Positions 1 through 10,115 of a stretch of DNA of 64,000 nt are shown piece after piece. The DNA is from an uncultured Acidobacteriota bacterium. GTDB taxonomy: Bacteria > Actinomycetota > Acidimicrobiia > Spongiisociales > ZC4RG35. The stretch lies in the NCBI GenBank assembly GCA_963848695.1, contig CAWKEI010000018.1, positions 140,110 to 204,109 on the forward strand, given 5' to 3'. Position 1 is the stretch's first letter; each line of letters begins with the position of its first letter. Under the pieces are notes generated by a model. That model searched no databases. It saw only the letters and a list, made by a program, of their open reading frames with translations, and was not told the DNA's origin. The position numbers and the translations under genes were made by a program.

Positions 1-1828
1 CCCCGGCGAACATGGCCGGGATGATGGCGAAGTACTTGGCCACGTCGTTGGCCACCGAGAAGGTGGTCAGCGCGCCCCGCGTGATCAGCAGTTGCTTGCC
101 GATCTCTACGATCTCGATGAGCTTGGTCGGGTTCGAGTCGAGATCGACCATGTTGCCCGCTTCCTTCGCGGCCTGGGTCCCGGTGTTCATGGCCACACCG
201 ACGTCGGCCTGGGCGAGGGCGGGTGCGTCATTGGTCCCGTCGCCGGTCATGGCGACGAGGCGGCCGCCGGCCTGCTCCCGGCGTATCAGGGCCATCTTGT
301 CCTCGGGTGTGGCCTCGGCGAGGAAGTCGTCGACACCGGCTTCGGTCGAGATGGCCCGTGCAGTCAGAGGATTGTCGCCGGTGATCATCACGGTGCGGAT
401 GCCCATGGCCCGGAGCTGTTCGAAGCGGGTGCGCATGCCCTCCTTGACCACGTCCTTGAGGTGGATGACGCCGAGAACGGTGACCTGGGGCCCGCTTCCC
501 TCGGCGACTACCAGCGGTGTCCCGCCGGCGACGGCGACACCTTCGACCAGCGGGTCGAGGGTGGCCGGGATGGTGCCGCCTTGCTCGGAGACCCATCGCT
601 TGACGGCATCGGCGGCGCCCTTGCGGACGGTCTGGCCATTCAGGTCGATGCCGCTCATTCGTGTCTGGGCCGTGAACGGGATCAGGGAGGCTTTGGCCAC
701 GTCGCGCTCCCGGAGGTTGTAACGCTCCTTGGCGAGTACGACGATCGATCGGCCTTCCGGGGTCTCGTCGGCGAGACTGGCCAGCTGAGCCGCCGCCGCC
801 AGCCGCTCCTCCTCGATCCCGGGCAGGGCGAGGAACTCCGCCGCCTGGCGATTGCCCAGAGTGACCGTCCCTGTCTTGTCGAGGAGGAGGGTCGAACAGT
901 CCCCGGCCGCCTCGACGGCCCGACCAGACATCGCTAGCACATTGTGCTGCACCAGACGGTCCATGCCGGCGATGCCGATGGCGGAGAGCAGGGCGCCGAT
1001 CGTGGTGGGGATGAGACATACGAGTAGAGCCACGAGGACGATGACCTCCTGCTCCGCATCGGAGTAGATGGCGAACGGCTGCAGGGTCACCGTCGCCAGC
1101 AGGAAGATGATCGTGAGCACGGCGAGCAGGGTGTTGAGAGCGATCTCGTTCGGTGTCTTCTGGCGATTAGCCCCCTCGACGAGCGCGATCATCCGGTCGA
1201 GGAAGGTCTCACCGGGCCGGGCAGTGATGCGCACCACGATCTGGTCCGACAGGACACGGGTGCCACCGGTCACCGCAGAACGGTCGCCACCGGCTTCGCG
1301 GATCACAGGTGCCGACTCGCCGGTTATGGCGGATTCGTCCACAGAGGCGATGCCTTCGATGATCTCGCCGTCCGAGGGGATCATCTCGCCTGCAGACACG
1401 ACGACGACATCGTCGACCGTGAGCCTGGAGGACGGGACTTGCTCGATGCTCCCGCCGACGCCCCGCTTGTTGGCGATGGTCTCGGCCCTGGTCTTGCGTA
1501 ATGCGGCGGCCTGGGCCTTGCCCCGGCCTTCGGCCATGGCCTCGGCGAAATTGGCGAAGAGGACCGTGAACCACAACCACGCCGCCACCAACCCTGCGAA
1601 AAGGTTGTCCTCGGCCCTGGCGTCGCCCAGGTCCTGAAGGAAGATCAAGGTGGTGAAGACGCTTCCAACCAGCACCACGAACATGACCGGGTTGCGCGCC
1701 TGAACCCGGGGGTCGAGCTTGCGGAAGCTGTCGATGATCGCCTGTCGCACGATGGCGGCCTCGAACAACGGCCGCTTCCGGGCCCGGCGACCGTCGGTCT
1801 TGGGTTCTGGTGATGTCTGAGTCTGCAT
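1..1828 (-). CDS. kdpB: Potassium-transporting P-type ATPase subunit B (KdpB), C-terminus truncated by window edge
   Basis: Minus-strand translation gives DKTGTVT and [25 protein letters not shown]-type ATPase motifs. The ATG at 1828 lies 15 nt downstream of the kdpA stop and the frame runs off the window start. The plus-strand ORFs at 12..722 and 92..937 are antisense artefacts. Confidence 0.9.
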   Translation of the reverse strand, partial: MQTQTSPEPKTDGRRARKRPLFEAAIVRQAIIDSFRKLDPRVQARNPVMFVVLVGSVFTTLIFLQDLGDARAEDNLFAGLVAAWLWFTVLFANFAEAMAEGRGKAQAAALRKTRAETIANKRGVGGSIEQVPSSRLTVDDVVVVSAGEMIPSDGEIIEGIASVDESAITGESAPVIREAGGDRSAVTGGTRVLSDQIVVRITARPGETFLDRMIALVEGANRQKTPNEIALNTLLAVLTIIFLLATVTLQPFAIYSDAEQEVIVLVALLVCLIPTTIGALLSAIGIAGMDRLVQHNVLAMSGRAVEAAGDCSTLLLDKTGTVTLGNRQAAEFLALPGIEEERLAAAAQLASLADETPEGRSIVVLAKERYNLRERDVAKASLIPFTAQTRMSGIDLNGQTVRKGAADAVKRWVSEQGGTIPATLDPLVEGVAVAGGTPLVVAEGSGPQVTVLGVIHLKDVVKEGMRTRFEQLRAMGIRTVMITGDNPLTARAISTEAGVDDFLAEATPEDKMALIRREQAGGRLVAMTGDGTNDAPALAQADVGVAMNTGTQAAKEAGNMVDLDSNPTKLIEIVEIGKQLLITRGALTTFSVANDVAKYFAIIPAMFAG

Positions 1829-1842
1829 TGTCTCGTGTACTC

Positions 1843-3561
1843 CTAGAGGGAAAGGTGCTCGACGATCGGGCCCAGCGCCAGCGCCGGGAAGAAGGTGAGG
1901 CCGCCGACAATCAGGACGACTCCGATGACGAGGCCGATGAAGAGCGGGGTGTAGGTGGGGAAGGTCCCGGTGGTGGCCGGCATGACCTGCTTCCGGGCCA
2001 GCGCCCCGGCGATGCCGAGGACCGGGATGATCAGGAAGAACCGGCCGACCAGCATTGCGATTCCGAGGGACGTGTCCATCCAGTCCGTGGCCGCAGTGAT
2101 CCCTGCGAAGGCCGACCCGTTGTTGTTGCTGGCGGAGGCGAAGGCGTAGAGGATCTCGGAGAGCCCGTGCGGCCCCGGGTTCCAGATGGTCGTGTTCAGC
2201 ACAGAGTCGATGAACATCGAGGCAGCGGCGAAGCCGAGGAGGGCGGTGGGCATGGCCAGTATGTAGAGAGCGACCATCTTCATCTCGGGTGCCTGGATCT
2301 TCTTGCCCAGGTACTCGGGTGTCCTCCCCACCATCAGCCCGGCGATGAACACCGAGAGGATCGCCATGATCAGCAGGCCGCTGAGACCCACGCCAACCCC
2401 TCCCGGGCTGACCTCGCCCAGCATTATGTGGGAGAGCGGGACCGCACCTCCCAACGGGGTGAAGCTGTCGTGCATGGAGTTCACCGAGCCGTTCGAGGTT
2501 CCTGTGGTGGAGGCTGCCCAGAGCCCAGAAGCGGCAGGGCCGAATCTGATCTCCTTGCCCTCCGTGTTCCCGCCTGCCTGCTCGGAGGTGGTCGCCTGAG
2601 CGGCACCGAGGGCATCGAGACGCGGGTTGCCGCCGGCCTCCAGGCCCATTGCGAGGAGAGAGGCTCCGAGCCAGACGATGAACATGATGGCGAAGATGGC
2701 CCGGCCCTGGCGCCGATCCTTGACCATGTCCCCGAAGGTGAAGGCGTAGGCGAACGGGATGACCAGGATTGACCACATCTCGACGAAGTTGTTCAACTGG
2801 GTCGAGTTCTCGAAGGGATGGGAGGAGTTGACGTTGAAGAAACCGCCGCCGTTGGTGCCGAGCTGCTTGATGGCTATCTGGCTGGCCACGGGGCCGCCCG
2901 GGATGAGCTGTTCGGCTCCGGCCTCCACGGTCTGCGCCGCGGTGAAGCCGTCGAAGTTCTGAATCACACCCTGGCTCACCAGGACGATCGCCACGAGGAG
3001 GGACAGCGGGAGGAGGATTCTTGTGATGGAGCGGGTGAGATCGACCCAGAAGTTGCCGATCGTCGATGCCCGCCGCCGGGAGATCCCTCGGATGAGGGCA
3101 GCCACGGTTGCCATGCCCGCCGCGGCGGAAACGAAGTTCTGGACGGCGAGGCCGGTCATCTGGGTGAGATGGCTCATCGTCGACTCGCCGCCGTATGACT
3201 GCCAGTTGGTGTTGGTCATGAAGCTGACCGCGGTGTTGAACGAGAGGTGGGGGACGACAGCCGGCATGTCCGTCGGGTTCAGCGGTAACGACGCCTGGAA
3301 CCGCTGCAGTCCGTAGACGGCGAGGAAAGAGAAGATGCTGAATCCCAGCAGCGAGTAGGCGTAGGCAGTCCATCGCTGCTCCCGGGTGGAGTCGATCCGG
3401 CACACCCGATAGATGAGCCTCTCGATCGGGAGGAAGAATCGATCTCCGGGCGAGCGCTCGACATCGCCGTAGACCCGTGCCATGTAGCGGCCGATCGGCA
3501 CCGCGGTGACGAGGAGGACTGCGATGAGGACGAGGAGCTGGAGCCAGCTTGCGGCGGACAT
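1843..3561 (-). CDS. kdpA: Potassium-transporting ATPase subunit A (KdpA)
   Basis: 572-aa ORF with KdpA-typical multi-TM sequence ([10 protein letters not shown], selectivity-filter-like regions), between kdpF and kdpB. Confidence 0.93.
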   Translation of the reverse strand: MSAASWLQLLVLIAVLLVTAVPIGRYMARVYGDVERSPGDRFFLPIERLIYRVCRIDSTREQRWTAYAYSLLGFSIFSFLAVYGLQRFQASLPLNPTDMPAVVPHLSFNTAVSFMTNTNWQSYGGESTMSHLTQMTGLAVQNFVSAAAGMATVAALIRGISRRRASTIGNFWVDLTRSITRILLPLSLLVAIVLVSQGVIQNFDGFTAAQTVEAGAEQLIPGGPVASQIAIKQLGTNGGGFFNVNSSHPFENSTQLNNFVEMWSILVIPFAYAFTFGDMVKDRRQGRAIFAIMFIVWLGASLLAMGLEAGGNPRLDALGAAQATTSEQAGGNTEGKEIRFGPAASGLWAASTTGTSNGSVNSMHDSFTPLGGAVPLSHIMLGEVSPGGVGVGLSGLLIMAILSVFIAGLMVGRTPEYLGKKIQAPEMKMVALYILAMPTALLGFAAASMFIDSVLNTTIWNPGPHGLSEILYAFASASNNNGSAFAGITAATDWMDTSLGIAMLVGRFFLIIPVLGIAGALARKQVMPATTGTFPTYTPLFIGLVIGVVLIVGGLTFFPALALGPIVEHLSL

Positions 3562-3650
3562 CAGAACTTCTCGGGGAACAAGAGGGCAGCGACGAGGTAT
3601 CCGGCGAGCAGGACCGCGACCACCAGGCCCACGATGTTGTCGGCGCTCAT
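3561..3650 (-). CDS. kdpF: KdpF small subunit (29 aa)
   Basis: Translation is [29 protein letters not shown]. Its stop TGA overlaps the kdpA ATG (ATGA overlap) and the length matches KdpF (~29 aa). Confidence 0.7.
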   Translation of the reverse strand: MSADNIVGLVVAVLLAGYLVAALLFPEKF

Positions 3651-3781
3651 GAGGTCAGCACCTCCTGGCCTTCCTCCTCGGCCTCCTCGGCGGCCCGGAC
3701 GATCCTGTCCAGGCCACGGACATAAGCCACACACAGCCCGAAAAAGGCGATGGTGGCAACGATGAAAACGATGTCAGCCAT
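3647..3781 (-). CDS. Hypothetical 44-aa membrane mini-protein translationally coupled upstream of kdpF
   Basis: [47 protein letters not shown] with a hydrophobic N-terminus and acidic tail. Its stop overlaps the kdpF ATG (ATGA). No convincing Shine-Dalgarno (SD) sequence was found. Confidence 0.3.
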   Translation of the reverse strand: MADIVFIVATIAFFGLCVAYVRGLDRIVRAAEEAEEEGQEVLTS

Positions 3782-4009
3782 GGGAGCATGTCTACCCATG
3801 ACAAGACCGCTGCGCAGCCGCTTTGACGCGTTCCTGTCGGGCCCTTCGATACCCTTGATTTGCTCTTAGCGCGGACGGTCTGCGAGTGAGATGGTGAGCC
3901 CGAGAGCCCTCGCAGCTCATTCGAGAGCTCCGGGTTCGGAACGCTGTGGCGGTCGCTAGGAACGCGTTAGGTCGCGCGCCTTTGGGGCAGAGCCGTCGTA
4001 GCTTGAAGG
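3782..4009. promoter_or_regulatory. Divergent kdp promoter/operator region (kdpFABC leftward, small ORFs-kdpDE rightward)
   Basis: Non-coding gap between divergently oriented operons. KdpE-dependent regulation is expected from family knowledge. No site was identified explicitly. Confidence 0.4.
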
Positions 4010-4258
4010 TTGGAGACGAGCATGACGGAACTGGGAACAGCCTCGATTGGCGCCATGGAGCTACGCATCGACTTGATCCCGCTGGCGGCGGGCATACTGC
4101 TGATCTCGGTGGCGACCTCGATCGCCGTAACACTCATCCGCCAGTCCAATCGGGCGCCCGCCTCCGACGAAGACCTGGGCACAACCGTCAAACTGACGCT
4201 GCTGGTGGCGATGGGGCTGGTCGGTGTCGTTTTCCTCTTCTTGGGCCTGTTCGAATGA
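4010..4258 (+). CDS. Hypothetical small membrane protein (82 aa), first gene of the kdpD operon
   Basis: GGAGA SD 6 nt upstream of the ATG. The product has two hydrophobic helices. Its stop overlaps the next ATG (ATGA). Confidence 0.5.
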   Translation: METSMTELGTASIGAMELRIDLIPLAAGILLISVATSIAVTLIRQSNRAPASDEDLGTTVKLTLLVAMGLVGVVFLFLGLFE

Positions 4259-4647
4259 GCTCCGTGGATTCCCGCCCGGCCGACGCAGGGAACCCCGGGA
4301 TTCTCCGGGCCGTTGGGCGCGCCCTGCTCGGGTTCGCGATCGGCACCGCCGCCGCCTGGGCGTTCGTGCCGGCCGATACGGCTCAAGCAGTCATCGCGAT
4401 CGTGCTCCCGGTGGTGGCTGCGTTCTCCGCCTGGACCTGGGGCCGGGAGGTTGGGGCGGTCACTGCCATCGCCGCAGCGCTCTGGTTCGGATACGCGCAC
4501 ACCGAGCCGCATTTCCACTGGGAGATCTATGCGCGGGCCGATGTGATCCTCACCCTGGCCGTCCTGGTGGTAGGTGTCCTGGCCAGCGAGCTGGCTGATG
4601 CCCGGCACCGGTTACGACAGCCCCCGGGCGATACCGTGAAGAGGTGA
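4255..4647 (+). CDS. Hypothetical membrane protein (130 aa) resembling the DUF4118 transmembrane module of KdpD-type sensors
   Basis: Four predicted TM segments. The C-terminal stretch HFHWEIYARADVILTLAVLVVGVLASELADARHRL resembles the DUF4118 consensus. Its stop overlaps the kdpD GTG start (GTGA). Confidence 0.5.
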   Translation: MSSVDSRPADAGNPGILRAVGRALLGFAIGTAAAWAFVPADTAQAVIAIVLPVVAAFSAWTWGREVGAVTAIAAALWFGYAHTEPHFHWEIYARADVILTLAVLVVGVLASELADARHRLRQPPGDTVKR

Positions 4648-7184
4648 GCAGCGGCAAGCTGAGAGTGTTCCTGGGCGCTGCCCCGGGGGTGGGCAAGACC
4701 TATGCCATGCTCGAGGAGGGGCACCGGCTCCGGGAACTCGGGAAAGATGTGGTGATCGCCTATGTCGAGCCTCACGCCCGAACCGACACCATCGCCATGA
4801 TCGGCGATTTGGAGATCGTCCCCCGAAAGCAGATCGAGTATCGGGGGTCTACGTTCGAGGAGATGGATCTCGAGGCGGTCCTGCAGCGGGGTCCAAGGGT
4901 CGCCCTGGTTGATGAGCTGGCCCACACCAACATCCCGGGCTCGCCGAACGTCAAGCGATGGCAGGACGTCGAGGCGCTGCTCGACGCCGGCATCGACGTC
5001 TTGAGCACCCTCAACATCCAGCATCTCGAATCCCTGAACGACGTGGTGTTCGAGATAACCGACATCACGCAGAGGGAGACCATCCCCGACGAGGTGGTAC
5101 GCCAGGCGAGCGAGATCGAGCTGGTCGACCTCACTCAGGAGGGCATCAGGGAGCGAATGGCCTCAGGGAAGATCTACCCGGCCGAGAGGATCGACGCCGC
5201 CCTCGGGAACTACTTCCGGCCGGGGAACCTCGGGGCGCTTCGTGAGCTCGCCTTGTCCTGGACCGCAGACCGGGTCGACGAGGCCGTGGCCAAGTACCGC
5301 AGTCTCCATGGCATAGACCACCAGTGGGAGACCAGAGAACGAGTCGTGGTCGCCATGGCGGGTGCGGTCGGAGGGGATGACATCGTCAGACGAGCAGCCC
5401 GGCTCGCGATGCGCTCCCGGGCCGATCTGCTCGGAGTATTCGTTCGTCCCACCGACGGGCTGACGGATGACACCAGCACCGCTTTGGCGGCCCAGATCCA
5501 ACTGCTCCAGAGCCTGGGTGGCAGATATCACGAGGTGGTCGGGGACGACGTCGCTTCGTCGCTGATCGCCTTCGCCAAGGGCGAGAATGCCACCCAACTT
5601 GTGCTCGGCGCAACGCGACGCTCCCGCTTCCAGGAGCTGATGGGCGGCTCACCCGTGGCACGGGTCGTCCGAAAGGCTGAAGACCTCGACGTCCACGTCA
5701 TCTCCTACGAAGGCGCCAGACCGCGACGGGCGCGACGACCGGCGACGCGGGAAGCCCTGAGCACCAAGAGGCGTGTCTCCGCCTGGGCGGTGGCCCTGAT
5801 CGGACCGCCGCTGATCACTTGGGCCCTGCTCACCTGGTTCGATGCCCCGCTCCACAACGTGCTTCTGGTCTATCTCCTGGCGGCGGTGGGCGCCGGAGTC
5901 CTCGGCGGGGCACTTCCCGCGGCGGCTACCGCGGTGTTGGGCTTCTTCCTGGCCAATTGGTATTTCACGCCCCCGGTGAGGTCGTGGACCATCAACAGCG
6001 CCGACAACCTCTTCTCCCTGTTCGCATTCCTCTTTGTCGCGCTGGTCGTGGGCCTCCTGGTCGGCGTCTCGAGCCGACGCGCCGCAGAAGCTCGGCGGGC
6101 AAGGGCTCAGGCCGAGGCCTTGGCCGCAACTGCCGCCCCTGGTCATCCTGTCTTCGGCACCGACGACATGGGATTGGTGCGCCGGATCAGGGAGACTTTC
6201 GCGCTCGAGGCGGTGAGCGTCCTTCGCCGCGAAGGGGACACCTGGGAGACGCTTGCCTGGGACGGCGCCGTGCAGCTCGAGGCCCCACAACAAGGCACGG
6301 AGACGATCGACCTCACTGAGGACGCGGTGCTCGTCCTGCTTGACGGGAAGCTCACCACCGACGATCGCCTCGTGCTGCGTGCCTTTGCAGCCCAGATCGT
6401 CCAGGCGATGGAGCGAGAGCACCTGGAGAAGGAAGCAGGGTCGGCGGAGGCGATGGCCGAGACCGACCGGCTGCGTACCGCCCTGTTGGGGGCAGTCTCC
6501 CACGACTTGAGGACGCCACTGGCGACGATCAAGGCATCGGTGACGAGCCTTCTCGAGACCGAGATCGACTGGACGCCAGAGCAGATCTCTTCCTTCCTCC
6601 AGGCGATTCTGGAGGAGACGGAGCGGCTCGACCGGCTGGTGGGGAGGCTCCTCGATGCCAGCCGGGTCCAGGTTGGGGCCGTTCACGTCTTCTTTCTCCC
6701 GGTGGGGCTCGATGAGGTGGTAGCTGCGGCGGTGGCCGGCCTCGGGAGCGGCGGGGATCGGGTGATCATCGACATCCCGGAGACATTGCCGCCGGTCCAG
6801 ACCGATCCGGCGCTCCTGGAGCGGGTGGTGGCCAACCTGATCGAGAACGCTCTGGTGTGGTCGCCGAACACGGAGACGGTACGGGTGAGCGCCGGGGAGA
6901 TCGCCCGTCGGATCGATCTGCGAATCAGCGATCGTGGCCCCGGGATCCCCATCGATTCCCGAGAGACCGTTTTTCAGCCCTTCCAACGCCAGAGTGACTC
7001 CTCCCGAAGTGAGGGCGTGGGGCTGGGTTTGGCGGTGTCACGCGGGCTCCTCGAGGCGATGGGAAACGAGTTGATCATCGAGGACACACCGGGCGGCGGG
7101 ACCACGATGGTCATCGGCTTCAAGATCGCCGGCCCGATCGAAGTCCCCGAATTGGTGGAGCCCGAGGCGCATCGTGTCCGGTGA
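4644..7184 (+). CDS. kdpD: Sensor histidine kinase KdpD
   Basis: 846 aa. N-terminal KdpD domain with GAAPGVGKTYAML Walker A motif, membrane DUF4118 region, and HisKA (SHDLRTPL) plus HATPase_c (GVGLGLAV) motifs. Confidence 0.95.
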   Translation: MSSGKLRVFLGAAPGVGKTYAMLEEGHRLRELGKDVVIAYVEPHARTDTIAMIGDLEIVPRKQIEYRGSTFEEMDLEAVLQRGPRVALVDELAHTNIPGSPNVKRWQDVEALLDAGIDVLSTLNIQHLESLNDVVFEITDITQRETIPDEVVRQASEIELVDLTQEGIRERMASGKIYPAERIDAALGNYFRPGNLGALRELALSWTADRVDEAVAKYRSLHGIDHQWETRERVVVAMAGAVGGDDIVRRAARLAMRSRADLLGVFVRPTDGLTDDTSTALAAQIQLLQSLGGRYHEVVGDDVASSLIAFAKGENATQLVLGATRRSRFQELMGGSPVARVVRKAEDLDVHVISYEGARPRRARRPATREALSTKRRVSAWAVALIGPPLITWALLTWFDAPLHNVLLVYLLAAVGAGVLGGALPAAATAVLGFFLANWYFTPPVRSWTINSADNLFSLFAFLFVALVVGLLVGVSSRRAAEARRARAQAEALAATAAPGHPVFGTDDMGLVRRIRETFALEAVSVLRREGDTWETLAWDGAVQLEAPQQGTETIDLTEDAVLVLLDGKLTTDDRLVLRAFAAQIVQAMEREHLEKEAGSAEAMAETDRLRTALLGAVSHDLRTPLATIKASVTSLLETEIDWTPEQISSFLQAILEETERLDRLVGRLLDASRVQVGAVHVFFLPVGLDEVVAAAVAGLGSGGDRVIIDIPETLPPVQTDPALLERVVANLIENALVWSPNTETVRVSAGEIARRIDLRISDRGPGIPIDSRETVFQPFQRQSDSSRSEGVGLGLAVSRGLLEAMGNELIIEDTPGGGTTMVIGFKIAGPIEVPELVEPEAHRVR

Positions 7185-7887
7185 GGGCAGGATCCTCCTC
7201 GTCGACGACGAGCCGCAGATCCTGCGCGCCCTGGCGATCAATCTCAAGGCCCTGGGGTATCAGATCGAGGCGGCTCAAAGTGGGGAGGAGGCGTTGCAAA
7301 AGGCGGCCGGGCATCGCCCGGATGCGGTCATCCTCGATCTCGGGCTGCCGGGGATAGACGGTGTGGACGTGATACGCGGGCTGCGCGGCTGGACCGATGC
7401 TCCGATCATCGTCCTCACAGTTCGCGAGGGAGAGGGGGACAAGATCCAGGCCCTGGACGCCGGCGCCGACGATTACGTGACCAAGCCCTTTGGGATGGGC
7501 GAACTGCTGGCCCGTCTGCGGGCAGCCCTGCGCCGAGCAGCGACGGACGATTCAGAGCAGGCCATCGTGGAGACGCCGGATTTCACCATCGATCTGCAGG
7601 CGAAGCGCGTGATGGGCGCCGATGATGCCGAGATTCGCCTCACCCCGACCGAATGGGGGATCGTGGAGGTTCTGGTCCGCAACCAAGGCAAGTTGGTCAG
7701 CCAAACCAAGCTGCTCCGTGACGTGTGGGGCCCGCAATACGGGGAGGAAACCAACTATCTCCGGGTCTTCATGGCTCAGGTGCGGCGAAAGCTCGAGCCC
7801 CGGCCGGGAGCGCCCCAGTACTTCATCACCGAGCCCGGGATGGGGTATCGGTTCGAGCTTCCGACTTCGACAGAGAATCCTGTTTGA
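7174..7887 (+). CDS. kdpE: OmpR-family response regulator KdpE
   Basis: 237 aa. Receiver domain (LLVDDE...DLGLPG) plus winged-helix C-terminus. GTG start overlaps the kdpD end. Confidence 0.93.
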   Translation: MSGEGRILLVDDEPQILRALAINLKALGYQIEAAQSGEEALQKAAGHRPDAVILDLGLPGIDGVDVIRGLRGWTDAPIIVLTVREGEGDKIQALDAGADDYVTKPFGMGELLARLRAALRRAATDDSEQAIVETPDFTIDLQAKRVMGADDAEIRLTPTEWGIVEVLVRNQGKLVSQTKLLRDVWGPQYGEETNYLRVFMAQVRRKLEPRPGAPQYFITEPGMGYRFELPTSTENPV

Positions 7888-7923
7888 GATCGGGGACAGC
7901 GGGGTAAGCGGGCCAACTTGAAA

Positions 7924-8014
7924 GTCAAGAACGTCGGGACGGACCCGGAAATCGCTCCCGCCTCCCTCGGCGAGCAATAGCCCCACCCCGCCCGGTCCGT
8001 CCCGTCTTCTTGAC
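7924..8014. terminator. Long imperfect inverted repeat between convergent kdpE and GS-like gene (probable bidirectional terminator)
   Basis: Left arm GTCAAGAACGTCGGGACGGACCCGG (7924-7948) pairs with right arm CCCGGTCCGTCCCGTCTTCTTGAC (7991-8014), separated by ~42 nt. No T-tract, as is common in high-GC actinobacteria. Confidence 0.45.
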
Positions 8015-8033
8015 TCCCGACACCAACGAAACT

Positions 8034-9338
8034 TCAGTAGTACTCGAGGTATTCGGTGATCTCCCAATCGGTGGTGTGATGGTTGAAACGCGTCCACTCC
8101 GCTCGTTTCACCGCCAGGAACCCCTCCACGTAGGCAGGGGAGAAAGCCTCGACGAAGTCCTTGTCCTCTTCGAGAGCGTCGAGCGCCCTGCCCAAGTCGG
8201 AGGGGACAGTCACATCAGCGTCTGCCCTGGTGATGCAATCCTGCGTTTCGGCGGGAGGGCACTCCAACTCATGGGTGACGCCACGCAGGGCGGCGACCAG
8301 AGTGGCCGCAGTAGCCACGTGCAGCGATGCCGCCCCATCAGCCAGTCGGTGTTCGAGCCTGGTGGCGCTGTCGCCGGCCGGGGGGACGCGCAGCGCCACA
8401 CCCCGGTGATCGAAGCCCCAGTTGGCATAGAACCCGTTCAACGAACCAGAGCGGAGCCGCTTGTAGGCGTTGACCGTCGGCGCCACCAAAGCGGCCATCG
8501 AAACGTGGTGCCCAACGATCCCGGCGATGCATTGGCGGGCGAGCACGCTCAGACCGTCGGGCGCCGATCGATCGGCCAGTGCGTTGTCGCCTTTGTCGTC
8601 GAGTAGGGAGAAATTGACGTGGATGCCGCTCCCGCCGCGATCCGTGATGGGCTTTCCCATGAATGAGAGCAGATAGCCGCGCTTCGCAGCCACCTCACGG
8701 GCCATCACCTTGAACAGGAAGGCGTTGTCGACGGCCTGGAGCGCCGGGCCGTAACGAAGGGTGAGCTCGAATTGGCCGTCGTCGTATTCGGAATTGACCG
8801 ATTCCAGTTCGATGTCCATGCGATGGGCGGTCTGCATGATCTCTTCGATCGTCCCACTGGGGTCGACGGCGGTCCCGGTGCCGTAGACGTAGCTCCCCGG
8901 TGTGTGAATTGGTCGCCAGCCTCGGTCCTGATCGGGTTCGAATAGAAACGCCTCGAGCTCGAGGCCAACCATGGGCTCGTAGCCGACGGCGTTCCACTCG
9001 CCGACGACGCGTTCCAGGATCGATCGGGGAGCGAGCTCGATTGGCGCCCCGTCCTTGGTGATCGAGGCAACAACGACGCCGGTGCCCTCCTCCCACCCCG
9101 GTCGGATGGCGTCGAGATCGAAACGAGCTTCGACATCGGGGAAGCTCTCGTGATGGGCGCCGGGAAACGGGATCATCTCCCGGTTGAGCTGCAGGGAGAA
9201 AAGGGCAACGCAGTGGTTCGACCCCTCCGCGGCACGTGCCGTGGAGAGATATTTGCCGCGGGCAAGGCCGAGATGGTCGGGCCAGAGGTATCGGACGCGG
9301 TCGTAAGGCAGATCGGTCACTAACCGACAATGTATCAA
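8034..9338 (-). CDS. Glutamine synthetase family protein (type-I-like; gamma-glutamyl-amine ligase such as GlnA3/GlnA4/PuuA-like)
   Basis: 434 aa with the GS catalytic-domain motif KPITDRGGSGIHVNFSL and GS beta-grasp N-terminus. Confidence 0.85.
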   Translation of the reverse strand: MIHCRLVTDLPYDRVRYLWPDHLGLARGKYLSTARAAEGSNHCVALFSLQLNREMIPFPGAHHESFPDVEARFDLDAIRPGWEEGTGVVVASITKDGAPIELAPRSILERVVGEWNAVGYEPMVGLELEAFLFEPDQDRGWRPIHTPGSYVYGTGTAVDPSGTIEEIMQTAHRMDIELESVNSEYDDGQFELTLRYGPALQAVDNAFLFKVMAREVAAKRGYLLSFMGKPITDRGGSGIHVNFSLLDDKGDNALADRSAPDGLSVLARQCIAGIVGHHVSMAALVAPTVNAYKRLRSGSLNGFYANWGFDHRGVALRVPPAGDSATRLEHRLADGAASLHVATAATLVAALRGVTHELECPPAETQDCITRADADVTVPSDLGRALDALEEDKDFVEAFSPAYVEGFLAVKRAEWTRFNHHTTDWEITEYLEYY

Positions 9339-9365
9339 TGAGGGCCTGGATGCGACAGGCCCCGG

Positions 9366-10115
9366 GTGTCGGGTAGTGCGCTGATAGCCTGCCGCCTCGT
9401 GCGGGCTCTAGTCGTCGAACACGATCCTCTGTCCACACCCGAGCGGGTTGGCAGCCACCTGGAGAAGCGCGGCTTCGCGCTCGAGCCTTTCGTCGTGGTC
9501 GAGGACATCACCAACCCCGCAGTCACGGCGACCTTCCCCGACGACAGCTTTGACCTCGTCGTGCTGATGGGCTCGCCCTGGTCGGTCTATGAGGACCGGG
9601 TCCAGGGCTGGCTCGGCCCTGAGCTCGAATTCATCCGTCGCCATCTCGGCGCGGGCAGGCCGATGCTCGGAATCTGCTTCGGGGCTCAGGCGATGTCGGC
9701 AGCGCTGGGCGGGACGGTCAGACATGCAGCGAGACCCGAATACGGCTGGACCAGCGTCACACCGGCGATCGAGCACATCGCCGAGGCACCATGGTTCCAG
9801 TTCCATCACGACGAGCTGACCGTGCCCCCGAATGCATCGGAACTGGCCCGGAACGAGTCGGGTGTCCAGTCGTTCCGTGCCGGCCGTGGGCTGGCGGTCC
9901 AATTCCATCCCGAGATGACCGGCGACCTGCTCGACTCATGGTGCCGGGTCGAAGGGGGAGCGGACGAGTTGCTCGAGGCCGGCCTCGATCCGGAGGAGAT
10001 CATCGAGGAGAGCCGATTCCGCGAGATCGAGTCCCAGCCCGCCCTGGAGCGGATGCTCGATTGGTTCGTCGACGAGATCGCCGACGGCGGTCAGACGGCC
10101 GACGGCCCCGGGTAG
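9366..10115 (+). CDS. Class I glutamine amidotransferase-like protein (GATase1; PuuD/gamma-glutamyl hydrolase-like)
   Basis: GATase1 motifs: LGICFGAQ (nucleophile Cys) and HPE near the C-terminus. Start could be ATG 9366 or GTG 9399. Divergent from the GS-like gene. Confidence 0.8.
   Translation: MSGSALIACRLVRALVVEHDPLSTPERVGSHLEKRGFALEPFVVVEDITNPAVTATFPDDSFDLVVLMGSPWSVYEDRVQGWLGPELEFIRRHLGAGRPMLGICFGAQAMSAALGGTVRHAARPEYGWTSVTPAIEHIAEAPWFQFHHDELTVPPNASELARNESGVQSFRAGRGLAVQFHPEMTGDLLDSWCRVEGGADELLEAGLDPEEIIEESRFREIESQPALERMLDWFVDEIADGGQTADGPG

Noticed and set aside
12-1019. Plus-strand ORFs 12..722 and 92..937 and minus ORF 228..1019 at the window start
   Set aside because: They are Arg/Gly/Pro-rich with no motifs. 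The minus-strand frame that runs off the edge encodes KdpB with the [24 protein letters not shown] motif, so these are antisense or out-of-frame artefacts of high GC.
3946-4647. 233-aa ORF 3946..4647 spanning both small kdpD-upstream ORFs
   Set aside because: The N-terminal 100 aa are R/G-rich and overlap the better-supported 4010..4258 ORF in another frame. Only the part from ATG 4255, which has an ATGA overlap with the upstream stop, is taken as real.
5649-6986. 445-aa minus-strand ORF inside kdpD
   Set aside because: Antisense to the clearly homologous KdpD ORF. The composition is R/G/P-rich, typical of spurious ORFs in about 70% GC DNA.
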